Positions 8,969 through 15,650 of a DNA stretch of 54,088 bases are shown here, one piece after another. A program made the translations under genes and the position numbers. Each line of letters opens with the position of its first letter. Within the stretch, counting starts at the first letter, position 1. Below the pieces are notes generated by a model, which was not told the origin of the DNA, searched no databases, and was given only the letters and a program-made list of their open reading frames with translations. Origin of the DNA: a virus (lineage: Duplodnaviria; Caudoviricetes); IMG/VR virus record IMGVR_UViG_3300037264_002957, positions 1 to 54,088 of that record; one strand, given 5' to 3'.

Positions 8969-9520
8969 GTGGTCAAAACCTTTCTAGTCGAGGGCCAGAT
9001 CTACCGGTCGATCTATGCGTCCGATGAGAAGCCGTTTGACTGTGGCGGCGGCCGCAGCGCACCAAACTATCGGCGCGTGGATGGCAAGTGGGAGGCTACG
9101 TGGGACCACCAAACGTGGGAGCTGGTCGCCAAAAATGGACTCGGCCACGGTACCACGCTGATGAACAACCGCGTGGACGCCGGCCTGTTGGTGCCGTGGC
9201 GCCCGAAATACGAATGGGTGGGCGGCTTCGAGTGGGTGGGCACGCCGCCGGCGCCGCCGGAGATCAACCCCGACGTGGAGTATCCGGACGGGTTCGTGTG
9301 CTTCGAATGCGCCGATGACTACCGCCAGTACGTGCTGCATAAGATCGCGTCTGGCGTCGTGGCCGACAACGCGGATGGCGCCACGTGGTCACACCCTGCC
9401 GATAGATTCGGCGTGACCAAGCATCGGGTCTACCCGTGGCCGATGCCGCAGGAGGACATCGAGCGGCACGTCGCGGAACACCGGCACGAACGGTTGTTGC
9501 GGGAGTTACTGCTGCGATGA
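8969..9520 (+). CDS. hypothetical Trp-rich protein
   Basis: 183-aa ORF with coding-like composition. Confidence 0.6.
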   Translation: MVKTFLVEGQIYRSIYASDEKPFDCGGGRSAPNYRRVDGKWEATWDHQTWELVAKNGLGHGTTLMNNRVDAGLLVPWRPKYEWVGGFEWVGTPPAPPEINPDVEYPDGFVCFECADDYRQYVLHKIASGVVADNADGATWSHPADRFGVTKHRVYPWPMPQEDIERHVAEHRHERLLRELLLR

Positions 9521-9663
9521 AGGTCCCGTGCCCCTCATGTGGCCTGGTCGGGTGCATCGCGCCGGACGTGGACGAGATCAACTGGGACCTGGGCGGGAAG
9601 CACGAGAAGGTGACCAAGGCCCAATGGCGCGAACTCAAGAAGCGGCCGCCGAAGGAGGACTAG
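9517..9663 (+). CDS. small CxxC protein
   Basis: ATGA overlap; VPCPSCG. Confidence 0.55.
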   Translation: MKVPCPSCGLVGCIAPDVDEINWDLGGKHEKVTKAQWRELKKRPPKED

Positions 9664-9950
9664 TGACCGGCAAGTACATGATCAACGGCGTGCAATTGAA
9701 TCCGTACGTGTCCGGACAGGTTTCGGCCCGCGTGACCGGCCCGGACGGCGTTGAACTGCGGGTGTCAGTCCCGATTGGGTTCGAAAACGCTGGCTGGCGC
9801 TACGTGTCACATATCGGCGTGTTCGAGTTCGGGATCACCGGGATGCGTGAGGCGCTGATCATGGAGTACATTCGCGAGCGGTGCATCGCCTTGTCCGATC
9901 AAGAAACGGCCGGGCTCAACGCGATCGCTGGGATCGTGGAGTACGAATGA
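9663..9950 (+). CDS. hypothetical protein
   Basis: SD aaggagg, GTG 9663. Confidence 0.6.
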   Translation: MTGKYMINGVQLNPYVSGQVSARVTGPDGVELRVSVPIGFENAGWRYVSHIGVFEFGITGMREALIMEYIRERCIALSDQETAGLNAIAGIVEYE

Positions 9951-9960
9951 GGCAACCACG

Positions 9961-10284
9961 GTGAAGAAAGACGGCGGCTCGATGCCAACGATCCTGTTCT
10001 CCTGCGGCCGCCTGCTGGTCCGGTGGGGCCACGGGAAAGGCAAGTGGTTCCGGCTCCAGAAGCATTGCCCGAGCGGGTTCCAGCCGCTGAAATACGAAGT
10101 CACCTCGTACCTCGTTTCGCGGTTTATCATCCAGTGGATCACGCGCATCCCGGTCACCGATCGGTACTACAACATCAGCACCGACGAGTGGGAAGGCACC
10201 TGGGACTGGCGCAGCACCTCGTGGAAGGACACGGAAATCTATGTCAAGCCTGAGCCGCCGCGCGTTCCTCTCGCTCCTCGGTAG
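9961..10284 (+). CDS. hypothetical protein
   Basis: SD gagg. Confidence 0.5.
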   Translation: MKKDGGSMPTILFSCGRLLVRWGHGKGKWFRLQKHCPSGFQPLKYEVTSYLVSRFIIQWITRIPVTDRYYNISTDEWEGTWDWRSTSWKDTEIYVKPEPPRVPLAPR

Positions 10285-10366
10285 TGCGGCCGCCGTCGCG
10301 GCGCTGCACACGATGGGCTGTGAGGAGTTTATCGCTCTCGCGAAACTGATCGCCGCGCGACACTAA
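10241..10366 (+). CDS. 41-aa twin-arginine (Tat) signal-like peptide
   Basis: MSSLSRRAFLSLLGSAAAVAALHTMGC...; not in supplied ORF track (below length cut-off). Confidence 0.5.
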   Translation: MSSLSRRAFLSLLGSAAAVAALHTMGCEEFIALAKLIAARH

Positions 10367-10371
10367 CGACA

Positions 10372-10893
10372 ATGGTAGCAACGCTTCTTCTGAATTCTAC
10401 GTACGAACCGCTGAAAGTTGTGAACTGGCAGAGAGCGATGACGCTCCTGGCCCAGAACAAGGCGGTCGTGTGCGAGGAGCACGAGGAAACCAAGCGATCG
10501 GTGTCGTTCACGTTCCGGGTGCCGTCGGTGATCCGGTTGCTCCAGACCGTGCGGCTGCGCAAGCGGCCGGTGGTGCAGTTCACTAGGCTGAACGTCTACG
10601 CGCGGGATGAGTTCCAGTGCCAGTACTGTTTCGATCGGTTCCACCCGGAGCGGCTGACGCTCGATCACGTGCTGCCTGAGTCGCGCGGCGGCCGGAGGGT
10701 GTTCGAGAACATCGTAACGGCGTGCGTGCCGTGCAACCGCCGGAAGGACGATCGGACCCCGGAGGAAGCCGGGATGCCGCTGAAGTACAAGCCGCGGCGG
10801 CCGCTGGTCCTGGCGCCGATGATGAAGATCACGGTCGGCTGGACGACGCCGGACGCCTGGCGGACGTATCTGTTCATGCACGCACGTGCCTGA
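10372..10893 (+). CDS. HNH endonuclease (McrA-like, zinc-binding)
   Basis: LLNSTYEPL, RDEFQCQYC, TLDHVLP.SRGG, NIVTAC.PCN..K. Confidence 0.92.
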   Translation: MVATLLLNSTYEPLKVVNWQRAMTLLAQNKAVVCEEHEETKRSVSFTFRVPSVIRLLQTVRLRKRPVVQFTRLNVYARDEFQCQYCFDRFHPERLTLDHVLPESRGGRRVFENIVTACVPCNRRKDDRTPEEAGMPLKYKPRRPLVLAPMMKITVGWTTPDAWRTYLFMHARA

Positions 10894-11116
10894 TACCTAC
10901 GCGAACATCCGCGATCACAATCTCCTCGGCGCAATCATCGGCGCCAAGGTGGTGGATGTCACTCAGCACGATCGCGAGGAGTTCCAGGAAGAGGGCGCGT
11001 GTTACTTCGTGCTCCACTTCGACAATGGCGTCTGCGTGAGGGTGTACGTGGGCGACGACGGGTTCGACATCTTGAACGTGCCGGACCAACCGGACGGTAC
11101 GGTAGACCGGACGTAG
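10886..11116 (+). CDS. hypothetical acidic protein
   Basis: Coupled to HNH gene; stop overlaps tRNA-Phe 5' end. Confidence 0.55.
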   Translation: MPDTYANIRDHNLLGAIIGAKVVDVTQHDREEFQEEGACYFVLHFDNGVCVRVYVGDDGFDILNVPDQPDGTVDRT

Positions 11117-11181
11117 CTGAGACGGTGTAGCGCCGGCCTGAAAAGCCGGAGACGTCGGTTCGATTCCGACCGTTCGGGCCA
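11107..11181 (+). tRNA. tRNA-Phe(GAA)
   Basis: ccggacg/cgttcgg acceptor, ccggc-ctGAAaa-gccgg, gtcgg-ttcgatt-ccgac, encoded CCA. Confidence 0.88.
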
Positions 11182-11189
11182 AACACATT

Positions 11190-11266
11190 GCACGCGTAGC
11201 TCAACTGGCAGAAGCACCCGGCTCTTAACCGGGAGGTTGCAGGTTCGAAGCCTGCCGCGTGCACCA
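11190..11266 (+). tRNA. tRNA-Lys(CTT)
   Basis: gcacgcg/cgcgtgc acceptor, cccgg-ctCTTaa-ccggg, T arm, CCA. Confidence 0.92.
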
Positions 11267-11276
11267 CACTTTGTGC

Positions 11277-11306
11277 TTGACGAGCTTGGCGAGCTTAGCG
11301 TAAAGT
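11277..11306 (+). promoter_or_regulatory. sigma70-like promoter for ncRNA array and TROVE-vWA operon
   Basis: TTGACG-N18-TAAAGT; predicted +1 near 11312-11313 coincides with 5' end of RNA 1 stem. Confidence 0.65.
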
Positions 11307-11312
11307 CGTCGG

Positions 11313-11466
11313 GTTCGTCGCGGTTACTGGTTACGGCTACATGCTGCTTGCATAGCAGTTCCCCCAACCATCCTCGTGAGGCCATCGTTCGGTGGCTTGA
11401 CGGGGCCGGGATTGGGGGAACCAACCCGGTCCACCACAACAACCGTCCCGACTTACCGTGACGAAC
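11313..11466 (+). ncRNA. Y-RNA-like element 1
   Basis: 12-bp terminal stem gttcgtcgcggt/accgtgacgaac; TACTG, GCTACATG and CGACT motifs shared with elements 2 and 3. Confidence 0.7.
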
Positions 11467-11480
11467 ATTGAGATTGAAAT

Positions 11481-11618
11481 TCGCGTCTACTGAACGGCTT
11501 ACATGATTCCTGGTTCGAATCCGGGATCCCCCATTCATTACGGGGGATTAGCCAAATGGTAAAGGCAACAGACTTGTAATCTGTCGTGCGCAAGCACAAG
11601 CCGATCGACTCGACGCGA
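11481..11618 (+). ncRNA. Y-RNA-like element 2 containing a circularly permuted tRNA cloverleaf
   Basis: Stem tcgcgtc/gacgcga, TACTG, cggctt/aagccg, TTACATG, then T arm, closed acceptor hairpin, D arm, anticodon arm, variable arm, CGACT; T-run follows. Confidence 0.8.
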
Positions 11619-11630
11619 TGTTTTTGGGAT

Positions 11631-11745
11631 TGCCGGTTACTGCGCAGCTTACATGCAGCTCAACGGTTGAGCATTTGCCCAGAGCAAAGGGTTGTTGGTT
11701 CGATTCCAACCATACGCGAAAGCGTAGCAGCGCGACTCGCCGGCA
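11631..11745 (+). ncRNA. Y-RNA-like element 3 with D-AC-T tRNA mimic
   Basis: Stem tgccggt/gccggca, TACTG, GCTTACATG, D arm gctc/gagc, tttgc-ccaga-gcaaa, T arm gttgg-ttcgatt-ccaac, GAAA hairpin, CGACT; T-run follows. Confidence 0.78.
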
Positions 11746-11768
11746 TGTTTTTTCAGGGGTGAACGGTC

Positions 11769-13265
11769 ATGGCTGAAGTCGGCCTCACAAAGCAGCGCAT
11801 CATCGCGGAACTGACGAAGTCCCCGCACGGCAAGCTCGAGGCGTACGTGCCGGTCGGGCGCCAGGCGGTAGATAGCGATCCGGAATTCTTCGCGCACCTC
11901 ATCGCGTGGGCCGCGGTCAAGAGCGAGATCCGGGACGTCAAGGTGGCACTGCCGGTGTTGGCGCTGGCGCACAACGACAACCGAGAGTTCAGCGAGAACG
12001 CACTCGCGCACCTGGCGGATCTGGCGCCGCGCGATCTCCTGCGCGCGCTCGACTTCGCGCGGTTGTTGAAGCATCACCCACGGTACCTGCGCAGGTTTGT
12101 GGAGCGCTACCTGCGCGACCTCGAGGCGGACCGGCACGGGTTCGACCGGACGGCGCTCCAACATCGGCAGACGGTGAAGCGGCTCTACGCGCTGTACCAC
12201 GTGGCGCCTGGGGCCCACGCGGCGGCGTGCTTGTTTGGCGAGGCGCCGAAGGGGTCGGTGTTTGACGTCGTGAAGCGTCTGGATGCGATGAGCCCGTCCG
12301 AAGCGGCCGGGGCCATCATCGGCCGGAAGATTCCGTTCCTGATTGCCGCCGGCGCGCTGAAGGCGAAGCTGAAGGAGCCGGACGTCGTGATGGCGCTCAT
12401 CAAGGCGATGTCTCCGACCGAGCTGGTCACGAACATGAAGTTCTTGGAAAAGCTCGGGGTCAAGACGGACCCAGCGCTCCGGGCGGCGCTCGATGAGGCG
12501 CTGGCCAAGGCCGCGACGAGCCGGAAGCCGAAGGCGTCCATGAAGGCCTCGACCGCGGCGGCCGCCCAGACGGACGAGAAACTGCAAGCGCAGTTGCACA
12601 AGCTGCAGGAACAGCAGCTCGACCAGATGGTGATCAAGGGCAAGTGGCTCGTCCTGGGCGACAAGAGCGGGTCTATGCAGGAAGCGATCGCGATGTCGAT
12701 CGAGATTGCGGCGATGCTGGCGCGGACGGCTGAGCAGGTCTCCCTGGTGTTCTTCGACTCCGGGCCGCGCTACATCGAGGCGACCGGCAAGACGCTGTTG
12801 GAGCTGAAGATCGCGTGCCGTCACATTACGGCGCACGGCAACACGTCGATTGGCTGCGGCGTGCAGTACGCGCTCGAGCGTGGCCTGGACGTGGACGGGA
12901 TTGCGATTATCAGCGACGGTGGCGAAAACACCGTGCCGATCTTCGCGCCGGCCTACCAGCAGTTGACGAAGAAGCTGGACAAGATCATCCCGGTCTATCT
13001 GTACCTGATGTCGGGGTCCTGCGCGAACGTGCTGACGAAGAACTGCGCGCTGGTCGGGATCGACGTCCAGGAGTTCGACCTGCGCGGCGGCGTGGACAAG
13101 TACTCGTTGCCGAACTTGGCGAAGACCATGCGGGCGAATCGCTACAGCCTCGTGGACGAAATCATGGCGACGGAATTGAAGGTGTTGGATGGCGTACTCA
13201 AACAGACAAAGGGACAGGAGGTCCTTCGTGGATCAGTTGACACAGTTGAAGCGGCTCGATCTTGA
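11769..13265 (+). CDS. divergent TROVE (Ro60-like)-vWA domain RNA-binding protein
   Basis: Helical N-terminus with DPEFFAHLIAW...IRD; C-terminal vWA MIDAS DKSGS...GNT...ISDGGEN; context of Y-like RNAs and tRNAs. Confidence 0.75.
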   Translation: MAEVGLTKQRIIAELTKSPHGKLEAYVPVGRQAVDSDPEFFAHLIAWAAVKSEIRDVKVALPVLALAHNDNREFSENALAHLADLAPRDLLRALDFARLLKHHPRYLRRFVERYLRDLEADRHGFDRTALQHRQTVKRLYALYHVAPGAHAAACLFGEAPKGSVFDVVKRLDAMSPSEAAGAIIGRKIPFLIAAGALKAKLKEPDVVMALIKAMSPTELVTNMKFLEKLGVKTDPALRAALDEALAKAATSRKPKASMKASTAAAAQTDEKLQAQLHKLQEQQLDQMVIKGKWLVLGDKSGSMQEAIAMSIEIAAMLARTAEQVSLVFFDSGPRYIEATGKTLLELKIACRHITAHGNTSIGCGVQYALERGLDVDGIAIISDGGENTVPIFAPAYQQLTKKLDKIIPVYLYLMSGSCANVLTKNCALVGIDVQEFDLRGGVDKYSLPNLAKTMRANRYSLVDEIMATELKVLDGVLKQTKGQEVLRGSVDTVEAARS

Positions 13266-13542
13266 CACGATCGAGCTTGACCAGGCCGTGGCGTACGAGG
13301 TGTTCGCCAAGCAGTTGCGCGCGGGGTTCGAAGCGCGACAGCTCGACGTGCCGGAGTGGCTCAATGACCAGTTGCGCGGGTTGAACCGGACGATCGAGTC
13401 CAAGGTGGCCGACCGGAAGGCGCTGCGGATCCGCGAGCTGAAGACGGGGCTCGCGAACCTCGAGACGCCGGCCGAGAAGCGCGCGCGGCTCAAGACCGAA
13501 CTCGATGCGCTTGAGGGCGCACCGGTTGCCGTCGGTCAGTAA
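13228..13542 (+). CDS. coiled-coil partner protein of TROVE-vWA gene
   Basis: SD aggagg then GTG 13228, overlapping the vWA gene end; VPEWL motif, heptad-rich C-terminus. Confidence 0.75.
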   Translation: MDQLTQLKRLDLDTIELDQAVAYEVFAKQLRAGFEARQLDVPEWLNDQLRGLNRTIESKVADRKALRIRELKTGLANLETPAEKRARLKTELDALEGAPVAVGQ

Positions 13543-13578
13543 AACAGCACGCCGGCGCTTGATGCGTCGGCTGGGGAG

Positions 13579-13617
13579 AAAGGGGGGGCAGGCGCGCGCG
13601 CAGCGTCTGTCCCCTTT
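13579..13617 (+). terminator. hairpin, possible terminator
   Basis: aaaggggggg caggcgc / gcgtctgtcccc ttt. Confidence 0.45.
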
Positions 13618-13656
13618 ACGTCGTCAGGCGATCGCGCGGCTCGGAGGATTAGCTCG

Positions 13657-13851
13657 ATGGAAGCAGCAGAAATGATCTACCCGTGGCACTTCATTCCGGT
13701 GGCGAACCTCGCATCTGGGGAGCGACTGGACGAACTCGAAGCCATGATGATTCTGCGCGCGTCGGAAACGCCGAGGCTCGAGGGCAACACGGCGGTCCTG
13801 GTGGACGTGTCCGAGGCGATGGATGACGCCAGCGCGCTACCGAGTTCCTGA
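13657..13851 (+). pseudogene. fragment of canonical Ro60/Rsr (TROVE-vWA junction)
   Basis: IYPWHFI...LEAMM...PRLEGNTAVLVDVSEAMD matches the recalled Rsr pattern VLPFRFI...LE.AM...P.L.G.T.VLVDVSGSM; stops right after the first MIDAS strand. Confidence 0.6.
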
Positions 13852-13948
13852 CGGCGAAACGGCCGAGGCCTACCACGTCCCCCGGATGCCGCTCCCGATG
13901 CTCTGCTGGCGCCTGGGCGGCAACGAGCACCGCGTCTTGGTCCGGGTC

Positions 13949-14025
13949 CGGTGGGTAGCTCAATTGGAAGCAGCACTCGGCCTTTAACCGATAGGTTGGG
14001 AGTTCGACTCTCCCCCGGCGCACCA
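13949..14025 (+). tRNA. tRNA-Lys(TTT), degenerate (possible pseudo-tRNA)
   Basis: D, anticodon (tcgg-ccTTTaa-ccga) and T arms and CCA present; acceptor stem has several mismatches; C33. Confidence 0.6.
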
Positions 14026-14097
14026 CAATCAACCAGGCGGTGTAGCGGTGTCCGTAAGGCCCGTAGCCGACCTCCGGCGAACAGCGCCGCCTGGTTG

Positions 14098-14106
14098 TGC
14101 TACACT
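14098..14106 (+). promoter_or_regulatory. extended -10 promoter for second tRNA block
   Basis: TGc-TACACT followed by ctcgccA. Confidence 0.5.
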
Positions 14107-14255
14107 CTCGCCATCGTGATTCGTCGGTCATCCCAATCGTTACTGCTTAGCTCGCGCCTATTGGCGCTCAGCTATTAGCACGCGCGATCCCTGGGACTGA
14201 CCTCCTCTTCAATTCGGCGTCATCAGTTCCGCGGCTTTGCGCAGCATATGTCTGT

Positions 14256-14337
14256 GGAGGGCGTGGACGATGGCGTCTAACCGTCTCGAAAACGGCCCAG
14301 CCTCACGGCTGACAGAGTTCGATTCTCTGGCCCTCCT
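14256..14337 (+). tRNA. tRNA-Ser(CGA), no encoded CCA
   Basis: ggagggc/gccctcc, ccgt-ctCGAaa-acgg, long variable arm cagcc/ggctg, T arm. Confidence 0.8.
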
Positions 14338-14352
14338 TGAAAAACTGAATAC

Positions 14353-14428
14353 GGGCCCGTACCCCAACCGGCAGAGGAACGTCCTCAAAAGACGTAAAGT
14401 CTCGGTTCGAATCCGAGCGGGCCCACCA
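14353..14428 (+). tRNA. tRNA-Leu(CAA), short variable loop
   Basis: gggcccg/cgggccc, acgtc-ctCAAaa-gacgt, T arm, CCA. Confidence 0.88.
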
Positions 14429-14430
14429 TC

Positions 14431-14508
14431 GCGCGAGTAGGAGAACTGGCATATCCCGCTCGGTTGAGAGCCGAGTGTTTGTGAGTTCGAATCTCACCTC
14501 GCGCACCA
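14431..14508 (+). tRNA. tRNA-Leu(GAG), short variable loop
   Basis: gcgcgag/ctcgcgc, ctcgg-ttGAGag-ccgag, T arm, CCA. Confidence 0.88.
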
Positions 14509-14515
14509 GGTTCGT

Positions 14516-14606
14516 GGCGTGGTAATCCCGTACGGCGCGGGGGCTGCCTGTAGAGCAGTTTGAGGCTTCGGCTGATCAGGGTGTTCGATTCACTCACACG
14601 CCACCA
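14516..14606 (+). tRNA. tRNA-Tyr(GTA)
   Basis: ggcgtg/cacgcc, ctgc-ctGTAga-gcag, variable arm with TTCG loop, T arm, CCA. Confidence 0.8.
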
Positions 14607-14613
14607 TGTTCGT

Positions 14614-14689
14614 CCCGGAGTACGAGAACTGGCATATCTACTCGCCCCAGAAGCGAGGAATGAGGGTTCGAATCCCTCCTCCGGGACCA
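14614..14689 (+). tRNA. tRNA-Leu(CAG), short variable loop, C33
   Basis: cccggag/ctccggg, ctcgc-ccCAGaa-gcgag, T arm, CCA. Confidence 0.82.
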
Positions 14690-14695
14690 GTTCGA

Positions 14696-14770
14696 TGGCA
14701 GGTCGTTTAGCGGTAAGACGCTGGCCTTTGGAGCCGGTAACCGGTGGTTCGAATCCACCCCTGCCAGCCA
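14696..14770 (+). tRNA. tRNA-Gln(TTG)
   Basis: tggcagg/cctgcca, ctggc-ctTTGga-gccgg, T arm, GCCA. Confidence 0.92.
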
Positions 14771-14830
14771 CTTCGCGTAGACTCACGGGCGGAGGGTATC
14801 TATGCCTGGTATTCTATGGCGCATCCTGAT

Positions 14831-14918
14831 AGAGGATTGACTGAGTGGAAAAGTGCGAGGTTGCTAACCTCGAGCCGCCGTTACAGGCGCGGGCGTTCGA
14901 TCCGCCCATCCTCTGCCA
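14831..14918 (+). tRNA. tRNA-Ser(GCT)
   Basis: agaggat/atcctct, cgagg-ttGCTaa-cctcg, long variable arm, GCCA. Confidence 0.88.
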
Positions 14919-15093
14919 ACTTGCTTTGACAGTCAGTGCATGGCGGCCATGGTCGCTCCGGGAGTTCCTTCGGCCACGGCCGACGTGGCCCCCCGCCGCC
15001 GATAATCTGAACGGTGAACTTTCCACATAGGGATTCACCGTTTCGGAAGTAGTGGAACCGATTCCACATCGATCGCCAGCCTTCGGCCCTCAT
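14881..15093 (-). CDS. small His/Cys protein, 3' end antisense to tRNA-Ser
   Basis: HYF...SLCG...CTDC; TGATG coupling to upstream ORF. Confidence 0.55.
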   Translation of the reverse strand: MRAEGWRSMWNRFHYFRNGESLCGKFTVQIIGGGGPRRPWPKELPERPWPPCTDCQSKLAEDGRIERPRL

Positions 15094-15650
15094 CAGTCTC
15101 CGGGCGATCCAACGTAGAAGTCTGCTGGTGTGACTTTCAGGGTTTTACAGAACTCCAGCCATCCGGCCTTGTCGCGCGCATCGAGGAACGGCTTGGCCAG
15201 CGCCAGTGTGTGCATCGCGTTCGTGTAGTACGAGATGCCTTCGCCGTGCGAGCCCCAGAGGTTCGTCAGGCCGAAGCACGCGGCGAGCGCCTCGACGCTC
15301 GCCGCGTTTCTCGCTTCTTCTGGATGCGAGAAGATCCAGTCGAGGTCGCTCATCATCACGCGCTTGGCTTCCACGGCGGCTTCCCATTCCTTCAGGAGGT
15401 CCTCGCGGCCGCGCTCGATCAGTTCAAGATGCTGGCGGTCGTACCATGACACCTGGCCGTGATCCTTAATCCAGATCGTGAAGGTGCTTTCGCAGTGTTC
15501 GTCGCCGCGAGCGCCGTACTGGTCGGCGTAGCTGCCCACGACGATCGCTTCCTTGTCGGCTTGGAAGTGGCTCATGGACGACGGGAGCTGCTTAACGATA
15601 CGAACGTGGTCGCCGCGGTGGAGGTCCTGCATCCTACGCCTGTTCTGCAA
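15093..15650 (-). CDS. hypothetical protein with N-terminal SH3/KOW-like region
   Basis: HRGDHVRI...AIVVGSY...SWY. Confidence 0.7.
   Translation of the reverse strand: MQNRRRMQDLHRGDHVRIVKQLPSSMSHFQADKEAIVVGSYADQYGARGDEHCESTFTIWIKDHGQVSWYDRQHLELIERGREDLLKEWEAAVEAKRVMMSDLDWIFSHPEEARNAASVEALAACFGLTNLWGSHGEGISYYTNAMHTLALAKPFLDARDKAGWLEFCKTLKVTPADFYVGSPGD

Noticed and set aside
11509-11618. Calling elements 2 and 3 ordinary tRNA genes
   Set aside because: Arm order is permuted or acceptor stem is absent, and there is no CCA end
11313-11745. CRISPR-like repeat array
   Set aside because: Shared motifs are short and split, with compensatory stems rather than identical direct repeats; no cas genes
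14026-14096. Possible tRNA-associated HDV-like (theta) ribozyme
   Set aside because: Could not build P1/P3/P1.1; not flush with the tRNA 3' end, which already encodes CCA
14200-14232. CTGATGA on the minus strand suggesting a hammerhead ribozyme
   Set aside because: No stem II followed by GAAA and no matching stems I/III
13951-15030. Short ORFs across the tRNA block and at 10959-11538
   Set aside because: Overlap well-formed RNA genes; no coding signals
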